The position numbers were made by a program, and so were the translations under genes. A stretch of 64,000 nucleotides of DNA from Candidatus Latescibacterota bacterium (GTDB taxonomy: Bacteria; Latescibacterota; UBA2968; UBA8231): positions 3,360,001 through 3,424,000 of the forward strand of contig OZ242318.1 of assembly GCA_965208105.1 (NCBI GenBank). Direction: 5' to 3'. Below, in pieces: positions 29,414 to 39,881 of this stretch (position 1 is the first letter of the stretch; each line of letters opens with the position of its first letter). The notes beneath the pieces were generated by a model. That model was not told the DNA's origin. It saw only the letters and a program-made list of their open reading frames with translations, and did not search any database.

Positions 29414-32400
29414 TCAAGCACGGCGCCAGGCTTCCCGCCAGCGCAGCTTCTGCTCCTCGACGGCGCAGTAGAGCACCGGAACCATCTGCATGGTGAACAC
29501 GGTTAGGACCATGCCGCCGAAGGTGGGGATGGCCATGGGCACCATGATATCGGCTCCTCTCCCGGAGGCGGTGAGCACCGGCAGCAGCGCCAGGATTGTG
29601 GTGGCCACGGTCATCAGGCAGGGCCGCACCCGGTGCACCCCCGCCTCCAGGGCAGCGCGGCGGATGGCCTCCCGGGTGGACGGCTGCTGCCGGGAGAAGA
29701 TCTGGCGCAGGTAGGTGGCGGTGATGACGCCGTTGTCCGAGGCAATTCCGAAAAGTGCGAGAAAACCCACCCACACGGCCACGCTCAGATTTATCGGCTC
29801 GACCTGGAACAGGGCGCGCATGGAGGTGCCGAACACCGAAAAGTCCAGAAACCAATCCTGGCCATAGAGCCAGATCATGATGAAGCCTCCGGACCAGGCC
29901 ACCAGGATGCCCGAGAAGACCAGCATGGTGGCCGGGACGTTTTTGAACTGAAAGTAGAGGATCAAGAAAATAGTAAGCAGGGCGAGCGGCAATACCACCC
30001 GCAGGCGCTCCTGGGCCCGCACTGGTTTTCGTAGCTGCCGGCGAAGACGTAGCTGACTCCGGCCGGCAGGTCCAGTTCGCCGCCCGAGATTCTGGCCTCC
30101 AGCTCGGCCCGGCATGCTTCCACCACGTCCACCTCGGCGTAGCCCTCCTTCTTGTCGAACAGCACATAGCCCACCAGGAAGGTGTCCTCGCTCTTGATGA
30201 CCTGCGGACCCCGAACATAGCGGATCTGCGCCAGCTGCCCCAGGGGGATCTGGGCTCCGTCGGGGGTGGCCACCAGTATGCGGCCCAGCGACTCCATGGT
30301 GTCGCGCAGCTCGCGCATGTAGCGCACCCGGACCGGATAGCGCTCCCGGCCTTCCACCGTGGTCGTGATGCGCTGGCCGCCGATGGCCACCTCGACGACC
30401 TGCTGCACCCGCTGCAGGGGAATGCCGTAGCGGGCAATGGCCTCGCGGTCGACGGCGATCTCCAGGTAGGGCTTGCCGACTATGCGGTCGGCGTTGACCG
30501 ACGAGGGTTCCACCGAGGGGACCTGCTTGACCAGCTGCTCGATCCGCAGGCCCACTTCTTCAATGGTCTCCAGGTCGGGACCCCTGATTTTGATGCCCAT
30601 GGGGGCCCTCATGCCGCTTTGCAGCATCACGAGCCGGGCTGCGATGGGCTGCAGCCTGGGTGCCGAGGTGGTGCCCGGAAGCTCCGCCGCAGTGACGATC
30701 TGCTGCCAGATGTCGTCCGGGTCGCGGATGCCCGCCCATGGCCGCCTGTCCTCGTTCAACGCCGGGTCCAGGGGCGGGCGCCAGAGGCGGAACGGCCGTC
30801 CCTCGGAGTCGGGGATCAGGCGGCCCTCGCTGTCCCGGGCAAAGCGGCCCCGTACCCGGTAGGGTCGTCCGTCCGCCGCCGGAAGGGGTGTTCCGTCTTC
30901 CGCCCGGAACCAGTCGGGGGTATCCGGCTCGAAGCGAAAGGTCGCCGGCCGGCCGCGCGCGTCGGGCAGGTACTCGGGCCGGTAGTTGATCACGGTTTCG
31001 AACATTGAGATGGGCGCGGGGTCCAGGGCGGTTTCGGCGCGTCCCAGCTTCCCCACCACCGTTTCCACCTCGGGCAGCCCGCTGATGGCCTTGTCCTGCT
31101 TCTGCAGCACGTCGAGGGCCTCCCCAATGGAGGCGTGCGGCATGGTGGTGGGCATGAATAGAAAGGAACCCTCGTCCAGGGGCGGCATGAACTCCTTGCC
31201 CAGGCCGGGGAACTGATGGGCCATGAAGGACAGCGGCCGCGAGGAGACGGGCAGCCACCCGAACAGGCGGTCGAACCCGAGCCAGACCGAGGCGCCCCAG
31301 ATCAGCGCCAGGAGCGGAAACGACACGGCCGCCGCCTTGTGGTCCAGGCACCAGCGCAGGATTGCAGGGTAGGCCCGCTGAAACAGGGCAAAGGCACCCA
31401 GGAGGCCGCCCAGCAGCAAAACCACGAAGAGGAAATTGCGCGGGGTGCCCTGCTCCTGCCCGAGGGGCAGCCAGCGGCCTGCGAGGAACCCGGCCACCAG
31501 CAAGGCGGTCAGACCGATACCCAGGTGCGGCATCCAGCGGCGAACAGCCTCCGGGATCCATGGCGCGGTCAGATGATAAATGCCGGTGCCGGTCAGGAGA
31601 ATGGCCGCCCACCACGGCAGGACTGCAAGGGACGACAACCCCGCAAGGGTCAGTCCCGCGTAGAGTAAACGCCGTACCATGAGGCGTCGCAGGCCGGGGG
31701 CGAAGAGGAGATGGGCGAGGGCGGGCAGAGCGGTCAGGGCCAGGAGAATGGCCGCGACCAGGGCGAAGGTCTTGGTGTATGCAAGGGGTTTGAAGAGCTT
31801 GCCCTCGGCGCCTTCCATGGCGAAGACCGGTAAAAAGCTCACTACGGTGGTGGCCACCGCGGTCAATACGGCTCCTCCCACTTCGGATGCGGCGCGCAGC
31901 ACGACCTCCAGCGCGTCCTCGTCCTCACTCCTTCTTTCGAGATGGCGTAGAATGTTTTCGGAAAGGACCACACCCATATCCACCATGGTGCCGATGGCGA
32001 TGGCGATTCCGGAAAGGGCGACGATATTTGCGTCCACCGCGAAGATTCTCATGGCGATGAAGCACATCAGCACCGCGAGGGGCAGGAGCCCCGAGATGAG
32101 CGCGGCGCTGCGGAAATGGGCGACCATCACCAGAATGACCGCGATGGTGACCAGAATCTCCTCCTCCAGGGCCTTGTCGAGGGTGCCCAGGGTCTCTTCG
32201 ATCAGCCCGGTGCGGTCATAGAACGGAACCACCGTCACCTGGCTGGTCCGCCCGTCGGAGAGGGTCTTGCGCGGCAGGCCCGGGGCTATCTCGGCGATCT
32301 TGTCCTTCACGTTCCCGATTACCTCGAGCGGATTGGCGCCGTATCGCGCCACCACGACTCCACCCACGGCCTCGGCCCCTTCCTTGTCGAGAGCGCCGCG

Positions 32401-33285
32401 CCGCAGGGCAGGACCCCTGGCCACGGTGGCGACGTTTTTCACGTAGACCGGCACATGGTCGCGGGCGGCGACCACCGCATTTTCGATATCCTTCTGGCTC
32501 TTGACGAATCCGACGCCGCGGATGACGTACTCCACCCGGTTTATCTCGATGGTGCGGGCGCCCACGTCGCGGTTGGCCATGCGCACCGCATCGAAGACCT
32601 GCTCGATGGACACGCCGAAGGCGCGCATGGCGTCCGGGTCCACGTCGATCTGGTACTCCTGCACGAAGCCGCCCACCGAGGCCACCTCGCTCACTCCCTG
32701 GGCCCCCATCAGGGCGTAGCGCACCTGCCAGTCCTGGATGGAACGCAGCTCGTGCAGGTCCCAGCCCCCGGTGGGACGCCCGCTCCGGTCGCGGCCTTCG
32801 AGAGTGTACCAGAAGATTTGCCCGAGGGCGGTGGCGTCGGGCCCCAGGGCCGGCTGCACCTCGGCGGGCAGGGTCCCGGGGGGCAGGCTGTTGAGCTTTT
32901 CCAGCACCCGGGAGCGGGACCAGTAGAAGTCGACCTCCTCGTCGAAAATGATGTAGAGGTTCGAGAGGCCGAACATGGAGTAGCTGCGCACGGTCCTGAC
33001 CCCCGGGACGCCCAGCAGGGCAACCGTCAGGGGGTAGGTTATCTGGTCCTCCACGTCCTGGGGGGAGCGCCCCGTCCACGCGGTTGAGACGATCTGCTGG
33101 TTCTCGCCGATATCGGGGATGGCATCCACCGGAACCGGGTCGCGCGGGAACCCGGCGATGCGCCAATCGAAGGGCGCGACCATCGTCCCCCACAGGCCGA
33201 TGGCGGCGAGTATCAGAATCACGACCAGCTTGTTCTCGATGAAGAAACGCAGTGGCCGTTCCAGGAGAGAGGTCGAGTCGGTCAT
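29414..33285 (-). pseudogene. cusA: CusA/CzcA heavy-metal RND permease with a 1-nt frameshift near 30022 (pseudogene or read error)
   Basis: VDAIPDIGENQ, GPDATALG, GTMVD, EFMPPLDEG; C-terminal helices (RVRPCLMT) lie in another frame. Confidence 0.85.
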
Positions 33286-34796
33286 GGCCGGTGCCCCTCC
33301 TGGTCATGGCCGGCAGAGGGGGCTCCCTCCTCAGGCTCCCGGTGTTCTCCGTGGTGGTGGTGGACCGGGGGAGGGCCGCCGCCCTCGGGGTTCATCATGC
33401 TGGGGCGCGCTAGAATCTGCAGGGCGCTGTCGATCTTGAAGTTGCCCTCGACCACGACCTCCTCGCCGGCGGCCAGCCCCTCGTGGATCACGTAGAAATC
33501 GCCCGCCCGAGGTCCCAGGACCACTTCGCGGCCCTCGTAGAGGCCCGACTTCCCGGCGACGGCTACGTACACCACCGCCCGCTCGCCGGTCTGCAGCACG
33601 GCCGAAGCGGGAACCACCAGCGGATCCTGGACCGCTGCCGGCTCCCCGGCCAGACCCAGGGCCTCGGCCGGCTCCAGGTCCATGCCGCACACGGGACAGG
33701 AGCCCGGCTCGTCCCGCACGATCTCCGGGTGCATCGGGCTGATCCACTTGCCGGCCAGTGAGGGAGCGGCGGCGCGGCCGTGGGCCGATACCTGGGCGTA
33801 GGCCACGGCGCGGGCGAACAACCCCGGTTTGAGCCGTGCCCGGGTGTTGTCCACGTCCACCCGCACGGTGACCGTGCGGGTGGGCTCGTCTAGGAACGGA
33901 GAGACGAAGGAGACCCGGCCGCTGAAAACCTCCCCGGGATGGGCGGGCGTGGTAAACCGCACTTCCTGGCCGTAGTGGATCCAGGGCAGGTCAGACTCGT
34001 AGGCGGCCAGCTCGAGCCAGACCCTGTCCAGGTCGGCAAGGGTATAGATGCGGGTCCCGGTCTGCACGTAGGCGCCCTCGTTGACGTGCTTGTCCACCAC
34101 CGTGCCGCCGACCGGTGAGTATATGGTCAGGTGGTCGGAGGGCTGCCGGCTCTGTTCGATGGCGGCGATCTGGCCGGGGGTCAGGCCCCACAGTTGCAGC
34201 CTGTCCCGGGCCGCGGCGGCCGTGGCCAGTCCTGCGGGCCCCAGTGCCTCGGCTCCCGCAAGTGCCTGGATCAACTCCTGCTGGGCGGCCAGCAGCTCGG
34301 GACTGTAGATATAGACCATGTGGTCGCCCGGCTCCACGGCCACCCCGGTGTAGTCGACGTAGAGCCGGTCGATGCGTCCGGGCACCCAGGCGGTGACGTA
34401 CTTGAGCCTGGTTTCGTCATAGGAGATCTTGCCCACCATGCGGGTCTCCACCTGCACCGGCCGGCGTTCCACCGGCGCCAGCCGCAAAGCGGCCAGGCGC
34501 CGCGCCGTCTCCGACAGCTCCAGCTGCCGCGGTCCGAGGTCGTCCCGGGCGCCGGGCATTGCCACCGGGATGAGGTCCATGGCGCAAATCGGGCATTGCC
34601 CCCGGTTGGGCAGGCGGATCTGCGGGTGCATGGAGCAGGTCCAGACCTGGGCGGTTTGCGCCGGGATTTCTTCGTCCGGAGGTGTCCCGCGGCTGCTCAG
34701 ACCCGAGCCCGCGATCAGCCCCGCGACCCCTGCACCCACCACGAGCGATATCCAGCTCATCGTCTTTCTATTCAAGCGGAATTTCATCGGAAGCAT
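33282..34796 (-). CDS. cusB: CusB-like membrane fusion protein with heavy-metal-binding domains
   Basis: WTCSMHPQI...[16 protein letters not shown]...[19 protein letters not shown], His-rich tail. Confidence 0.9.
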   Translation of the reverse strand: MLPMKFRLNRKTMSWISLVVGAGVAGLIAGSGLSSRGTPPDEEIPAQTAQVWTCSMHPQIRLPNRGQCPICAMDLIPVAMPGARDDLGPRQLELSETARRLAALRLAPVERRPVQVETRMVGKISYDETRLKYVTAWVPGRIDRLYVDYTGVAVEPGDHMVYIYSPELLAAQQELIQALAGAEALGPAGLATAAAARDRLQLWGLTPGQIAAIEQSRQPSDHLTIYSPVGGTVVDKHVNEGAYVQTGTRIYTLADLDRVWLELAAYESDLPWIHYGQEVRFTTPAHPGEVFSGRVSFVSPFLDEPTRTVTVRVDVDNTRARLKPGLFARAVAYAQVSAHGRAAAPSLAGKWISPMHPEIVRDEPGSCPVCGMDLEPAEALGLAGEPAAVQDPLVVPASAVLQTGERAVVYVAVAGKSGLYEGREVVLGPRAGDFYVIHEGLAAGEEVVVEGNFKIDSALQILARPSMMNPEGGGPPPVHHHHGEHREPEEGAPSAGHDQEGHRP

Positions 34797-34799
34797 CCT

Positions 34800-36122
34800 T
34801 CATTTCGGATTGGGCGGGGCGAGCCGTCCGCCGGTGAGGAGGTCGATCTCGGCCCGGCGGCGGGCGTGGTCGGCCAGGGCCCGTTCTTGCGCCAGTTGGA
34901 ATTGAAGCCGCAGCCGTTGGGCGTCGATCAGGTCGAGGAAGGAGCCCGTGCCGGCGGCAAATGCCTGTCGAGTCACGTCGAGAGCCTGCTCGGCCCGGGG
35001 CAGCAAGCTGTCCCGGTAGAGGTCGATCTTGCGCCGGCTGTCGTGCCAATGGTAGAGGGCAAGCTGCAGACGAGCGCCCAACTGGTTTTCAATTTCCCTG
35101 CGCTCCAGCTCGGCGGCGTTCTGCCGCGCCCGCGCCTGCCGCACTCCGGCCCTGTACTGGCTCCGGTCCAGGGGCAGGTTCAGCGAGAGCATGGCAACCA
35201 GGGGGTCCCTGCCCTCGGCCGCGACGGGGTCGGCGGCCTCCCGCCCGCTGGTGGCGATATAGTCGAAGCTCAATGTCCAGGAGGGATATCCTTCCTTTTG
35301 GGCCCTTTCCACCGCGGCCCGGGAGCGCTCGATTTCAAAGTCGTGGGCGCGCAGGTCCGGATGGCCCTCCAGGACGAACTGGTCGGGCAGGGGCGGCACC
35401 GGAGGGAGTTCGACGACGAAGGAAACGGCGGCCCCCGCGGGCCGGTCGAGCGCCGCGTTCAAGCGTGTCCGTACCGGGGTCCTGCGGTCCCGGAGGCTTT
35501 GCAGTTCGTCCGCCAGCTTGCCGAGTTCCATCTGGATCTTGAGCACGTCGGCCTGCGATCCCCGGCCCGTGCGGTAGTTGGCCCGGGCAACCTTCTCCAG
35601 GGAGTTGAGCCATTGCAGGTTGCTTGTCTGGATTGCGATGGCGCGCTCCAGGTAGTAGAGCTCGTAGTAGGCGCTTTCGACCTGGAATACGAGATCGAGG
35701 CGGGCGGCTTCGTAGCGCTGCCGGGCGGCCTGGGCAGCCGCGGTTCTCATCTTCCCCTGCAGAGCCAGGCGGCCGAACCAGGGGAAGGTCTGGGCAAGGC
35801 CCAGTCGCCACTCCTGGGGTCCCACCCTGGTCTCCACGGGGCGGACAAAATAGCCGGCTGCCAATCGAGGGTCGGGCCGGGCCCTGGCCGGGGCGATGCC
35901 TTCGAGGTGGGCCTGCCATTTCTCGAAGGCCGCCCGGATGCCCGGATTGTTTGCCAGGGCGTAGGCGACGTATTCTTCCAGCCCCGGATCGCCCTCGAGA
36001 ACGAGGTCTTGCCCGGCCTCGGCCTGCCGGTCTCCCCGGGCAAGGAGCTGGAGAGGCGAACCCGTTGCGGCTGCCGTTAGAAAGAGCCAGACCGGCAACC
36101 ACGCGATACGAACGTACTGCAT
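34800..36122 (-). CDS. TolC/CusC family outer-membrane efflux protein
   Basis: ALANNPGI, QTFPWFGRL, FLDLIDAQR; sits upstream of cusB/cusA. Confidence 0.9.
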   Translation of the reverse strand: MQYVRIAWLPVWLFLTAAATGSPLQLLARGDRQAEAGQDLVLEGDPGLEEYVAYALANNPGIRAAFEKWQAHLEGIAPARARPDPRLAAGYFVRPVETRVGPQEWRLGLAQTFPWFGRLALQGKMRTAAAQAARQRYEAARLDLVFQVESAYYELYYLERAIAIQTSNLQWLNSLEKVARANYRTGRGSQADVLKIQMELGKLADELQSLRDRRTPVRTRLNAALDRPAGAAVSFVVELPPVPPLPDQFVLEGHPDLRAHDFEIERSRAAVERAQKEGYPSWTLSFDYIATSGREAADPVAAEGRDPLVAMLSLNLPLDRSQYRAGVRQARARQNAAELERREIENQLGARLQLALYHWHDSRRKIDLYRDSLLPRAEQALDVTRQAFAAGTGSFLDLIDAQRLRLQFQLAQERALADHARRRAEIDLLTGGRLAPPNPK

Positions 36123-36128
36123 TGAAGG

Positions 36129-36215
36129 CCTCCTCCCTGTAAGGATGGAAAGGTGTAGTACCAGGCAGGGGCATTGGCCCCGGAGGGCAGCCCCTGGAGT
36201 GAACAGGGAAAGAGG
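36129..36215 (-). promoter_or_regulatory. SD-sequestering stem in front of the tolC-like gene
   Basis: Transcript CCUCUUUCCCUGU (36215-36203) can pair with ACAGGGAGGAGG (36140-36129), which contains the SD. Confidence 0.65.
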
Positions 36216-36218
36216 GGT

Positions 36219-36605
36219 TTAAATCAGGTAGGAATGGTGCAGCAGGTAGAGCGGCGGGGAACCGGCGCGGTCCGCACCGCCGGGCGGGATGGGAGCAGGC
36301 CGGTGAGGAGCGGATGCATGGGCTGGACGGAAGCCGGAGTCCCTGGCTCCCTGCTGCTTGACCGGTTGGTCGGAAGCGGCAAAGCCGAGGAGGGGCGCCT
36401 GGCCGGGAGCGGAGATGCACTCACTGGCCGCGCAGCAACATCCCTGCTGCTGCAGGGCGGAAGGCGCAGGTGGGGGGTCGGCCTGGTGGCAGGCCGGCTG
36501 CTCCGCAACCTCTAGCCGGCAGGGCGCACACGCCCATCCGAAGGCGCCCTGAGCCGCCAGATTGATCAGCAGGAAACAAAGTAGAAAGACGCGCAGTGCG
36601 CCCAT
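36219..36605 (-). CDS. Cys/Pro-rich putative metal-responsive leader protein (128 aa)
   Basis: Signal-like N-terminus, CAPC, CH, CCC, C-terminus RAGSPPLYLLHHSYLI; GGAGG RBS. Confidence 0.75.
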   Translation of the reverse strand: MGALRVFLLCFLLINLAAQGAFGWACAPCRLEVAEQPACHQADPPPAPSALQQQGCCCAASECISAPGQAPLLGFAASDQPVKQQGARDSGFRPAHASAPHRPAPIPPGGADRAGSPPLYLLHHSYLI

Positions 36606-36654
36606 GGCTGTAGCTTTCCTCCAGCGGCCGTCAACACTCGGTAGACTGCAGGTG

Positions 36655-36683
36655 AATATCACGGGTTCCCGGCAAAGTGTCAA
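36655..36683 (-). promoter_or_regulatory. Sigma70-type promoter of the metal-efflux operon
   Basis: TTGACA-N17-GATATT on the minus strand. Confidence 0.6.
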
Positions 36684-37061
36684 CCTGGCGGGGGAGGGCG
36701 GGTCCTTGCGCCGTGATTCATGGCGAGGTGAACGCATCGGGAAAAAACAGCAGGTTTGCCCGGGCCCAGGATTGACGGGCATGCCGGCGAGGTCCCAGCC
36801 CGACCGCCGAGAAACCCCCGCCCCTCTTGACGGAACTCCCATTCCGGGCAGGTCCGGGGCAGATTTCCACCGGCGCTGAAAAAGGCGGGGTCTCTACTTG
36901 ACCGGCCACCGAAAGGGGCTTAATAATTTCTATTGCTCCACTCGGTTGCCGGGTCTCCTTCCAGGGGGTCTGACCCCCCGGGGAATGGGTCCATGGGAGG
37001 TCGGCAAGCGGACAGGCACAGGTGGTCAATGGCGCCCAGATTCGAGACGAAAGGACGGTCA

Positions 37062-38051
37062 ATGCGCGACATTGTGGTCTTCAGCGGCAACGCGCACCGG
37101 CAACTGGCGGAGGATATCTGCGGGCACCTGGGAGTCCCTCTCAGCCGCAGCACGATCAACCGTTTCAGCAACGACTGCATTCAGGTGCAGCTGGACGCCA
37201 ACTGCCGGGAGGCCGACGTCTTCCTGATTCAGCCCCTGGTTCCACCGGTTCACGACCACCTGATGGAGCTCCTGCAGATGCTGGACGCCGCCCGCGGCGC
37301 ATCGGCCGCCCGCACCACCGCGGTAATTCCCTACTACGGATACGCCCGCTCGGATAAGAAAGACGCGCCGAGGATTTCCATTGCGGCGCGGCTGGTGGCG
37401 GACCTGATCGACGCCGCCGGCGCCAACCGGGTGCTTACCATGACCCTGCACGCGCCACAGGTGCACGGGTTCTTCAACATTCCCGTCGACCACCTCAATG
37501 CCCTGCACGTGCTGGCAAGCCATTTTCAGGGCAAGGACCTTCAGGGGACAGTGGTCGTTTCACCCGATCTCGGGCGCGCCAAGGAGGCGGCGCATTTCGC
37601 CAGGCTGCTCAACGTTCCGGTAGCGGCCGGCAGCAAACGCCGCATCAGCGACAAGAAGGTCGTGATCGACGCAATAGTAGGTGATGTGGAGGGGAGGAGC
37701 GTGATCGTCCTCGACGACGAGATCGCTACGGGGGGGACACAGGTGGAGCTGATCGACCGTCTGCGCGAGCGCGGCGTCAGCCGCATAACCGTGTCCTGCA
37801 CCCACGGCCTGTTTACGGGGAATGCCATAGAGCGCTTCGGCTCCATCTCCGAAGTACGGGAGCTGCTGGCGACCGATACCGTTCCCCTGTCCCCGGATGC
37901 CCGCTGCCATCCCAAGCTCACCACCCTGTCGGTCTCGCCGCTCCTGGGCGAGGCGATTCGCAGGATTCACCACGGAGAATCGGTCAGCAGCCTCTTCACG
38001 GCGCCGGACTGGGTCGCCGGACGCGGGGTGGAGTCGGCGGAGCCGGGCTGA
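37062..38051 (+). CDS. prs: Ribose-phosphate pyrophosphokinase
   Basis: PYYGYARSDKK, LHAPQVHGFF, VSPDLG, VLDDEIATGGT. Confidence 0.95.
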   Translation: MRDIVVFSGNAHRQLAEDICGHLGVPLSRSTINRFSNDCIQVQLDANCREADVFLIQPLVPPVHDHLMELLQMLDAARGASAARTTAVIPYYGYARSDKKDAPRISIAARLVADLIDAAGANRVLTMTLHAPQVHGFFNIPVDHLNALHVLASHFQGKDLQGTVVVSPDLGRAKEAAHFARLLNVPVAAGSKRRISDKKVVIDAIVGDVEGRSVIVLDDEIATGGTQVELIDRLRERGVSRITVSCTHGLFTGNAIERFGSISEVRELLATDTVPLSPDARCHPKLTTLSVSPLLGEAIRRIHHGESVSSLFTAPDWVAGRGVESAEPG

Positions 38052-38067
38052 TCCCGGCCGGGCCGCG

Positions 38068-39159
38068 TCAGGCGGTGCCGCCGGGCTGGAATTGTCGGCT
38101 GCCGTTGTAGATCCCCTCCATGATTGCCTGGTCCGTCCACATCTCCCCGGTGGTGATCAATGGCTCGGCGCGGCCGATGACGCAGTCGACGAAGTGGAAT
38201 ATTTCGCGCTGCATGCGCACCCTGGTGTCGCGGAACGAGGCCGCGAGCCCCGGTGCCACCGCCTCGGTCTTGTCGACGAAATCGCCGTTCTCCCAGGTCA
38301 GCAGCCGCAACGGCGAGAGGCCGGCATAACCTCTGCTTCCCCAGACCTCCACGTTCATCTTGTTGATCTGGCCGGGGCTCATCCACATGCTCTCGCTCGC
38401 CAGGGAGACCCCCCCGGCAAAGCTGGCAAATCCCACTGCCATGATTTCGATGTCGCAGTCGCCGCGGATGTTCTCCAGGTTGGAGGGCAGGGATGGAAGC
38501 TCCGCAAAATGCGAGCTGGCGTGCCCAGTGGCGGAGAGAAGGGGAGGGTTGCCCAGAAACCAGACGGCCAGGTCGAGGGTGTGGATTCCGGTGCTGGCCA
38601 GGGAACCACCGCCGGCCATGGAGCGGACATAGTGGGGAGCATAGCTCGGGATGCCCGGTGAATGAGCTCTGGCACAGGCGAACAGGGGTTTGCCGATGCC
38701 GCCATCGCGGATGAATCGGTGCACCACCCCGGCGTCGTCGCGAAAGCGGTAGTTGTACCCCACCATGAGTAGCCGGTCCGCCTTCTCGGAGGCCTCGATC
38801 ATCGCTTCCGCCTCGGCCAGGGAGGGTGCCATGGGCTTGGCGGCCAGCACGTGGAGGCCGGCCTGGAGGGCGGCGATGGTGCTTTCGGGCCGCGCCTGGG
38901 CTAGGGTTCCCGCTATGGCCATGTCGAGGGATTCCGCGGCGATCATTTTCCTGTAGTCGCTGTAGATGGCGGGGCGCGGCTTCCTGTCGTGCGCGTCGTA
39001 GAATTCCGCGGCAAGTGCTTCGGCGCGCGTCGGGTCCACGTCGCACAGGGCGACCATTTCGGCGTCGGGGCAGGCGATGATGTTCGGCACCCAGGCATGG
39101 CGGGCCCAATGGCCGCAACCGATCTGTCCGACGCGCACAGGACCCTCTGCATGTTTCAT
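38068..39159 (-). CDS. Gfo/Idh/MocA family oxidoreductase
   Basis: IGCGHWA, AKPMA, GGGSLASTGIHTLD. Confidence 0.9.
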   Translation of the reverse strand: MKHAEGPVRVGQIGCGHWARHAWVPNIIACPDAEMVALCDVDPTRAEALAAEFYDAHDRKPRPAIYSDYRKMIAAESLDMAIAGTLAQARPESTIAALQAGLHVLAAKPMAPSLAEAEAMIEASEKADRLLMVGYNYRFRDDAGVVHRFIRDGGIGKPLFACARAHSPGIPSYAPHYVRSMAGGGSLASTGIHTLDLAVWFLGNPPLLSATGHASSHFAELPSLPSNLENIRGDCDIEIMAVGFASFAGGVSLASESMWMSPGQINKMNVEVWGSRGYAGLSPLRLLTWENGDFVDKTEAVAPGLAASFRDTRVRMQREIFHFVDCVIGRAEPLITTGEMWTDQAIMEGIYNGSRQFQPGGTA

Positions 39160-39204
39160 GTTTTCCTCCGGTGGTTTGATTGAAGTCCACGCTCGCTGGC
39201 CGCT

Positions 39205-39780
39205 TCAGGGAGAGGACCGGTGCTCTTCCTCCCATTCCGCCTTCAGGACGGCGAGGACGAGGCTGTCGCTCCAGCCGTCCCTGCCCGGCTCGTATTCCCT
39301 GAGGATTCCCTCCTCCTGAAACCCTGCCTTCTTCGCCACTTTGACGGCGGCGAGGTTGTGGGGATGGCAGGCTGCCTGTATGCGGTGAAGCCGCATGGTG
39401 GCGAGGCCGTACTTCACAACCTCCCGCACCGCTTCGGTGGCCATTCCCCCGCCCTGGAATTCTCTCGAGAGCCAGTAGCCGATTTCGGCCCTGGATTTCC
39501 CCGCGAAGTCGAACAGAGAGCAGGAGCCGATTACCCTGTCTTCCTCCTTGGTGGCGAGGGCCCACCAGAGGATGCGCTTCTCCATGTATTGCGCGCGTAT
39601 GATCTCGATGTGCCTGCCGGCCTCCCCCAGGTTGCGGTGCTGTAGATTCCAGTGAGGCGAGGAGCGCAGGGTGGCGAAGTGATGGTAGAGATCGGCGCAG
39701 TCTCTCTGCTCTATGGCGCGCAGAACCAGGCGGCTGGTTTCGAGCCTGGGAAAACGGGAGAAGGCCCTGTCGAAGCTCAC
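39205..39780 (-). CDS. GNAT acetyltransferase, RimJ/RimL type
   Basis: LETSRLVLR, AEIGYWL, QGGGMATEA, GFQEEG. Confidence 0.9.
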   Translation of the reverse strand: MSFDRAFSRFPRLETSRLVLRAIEQRDCADLYHHFATLRSSPHWNLQHRNLGEAGRHIEIIRAQYMEKRILWWALATKEEDRVIGSCSLFDFAGKSRAEIGYWLSREFQGGGMATEAVREVVKYGLATMRLHRIQAACHPHNLAAVKVAKKAGFQEEGILREYEPGRDGWSDSLVLAVLKAEWEEEHRSSP

Positions 39781-39881
39781 GGGCCGACGGCCCCCTCCCG
39801 GACCTTGGGCGGCGGGGCAGAGCAGTCAGCACCCGCGGCGTGGCCGCGGGCGGGATGAAAGATCATCTGGAGGCCCCCCGA

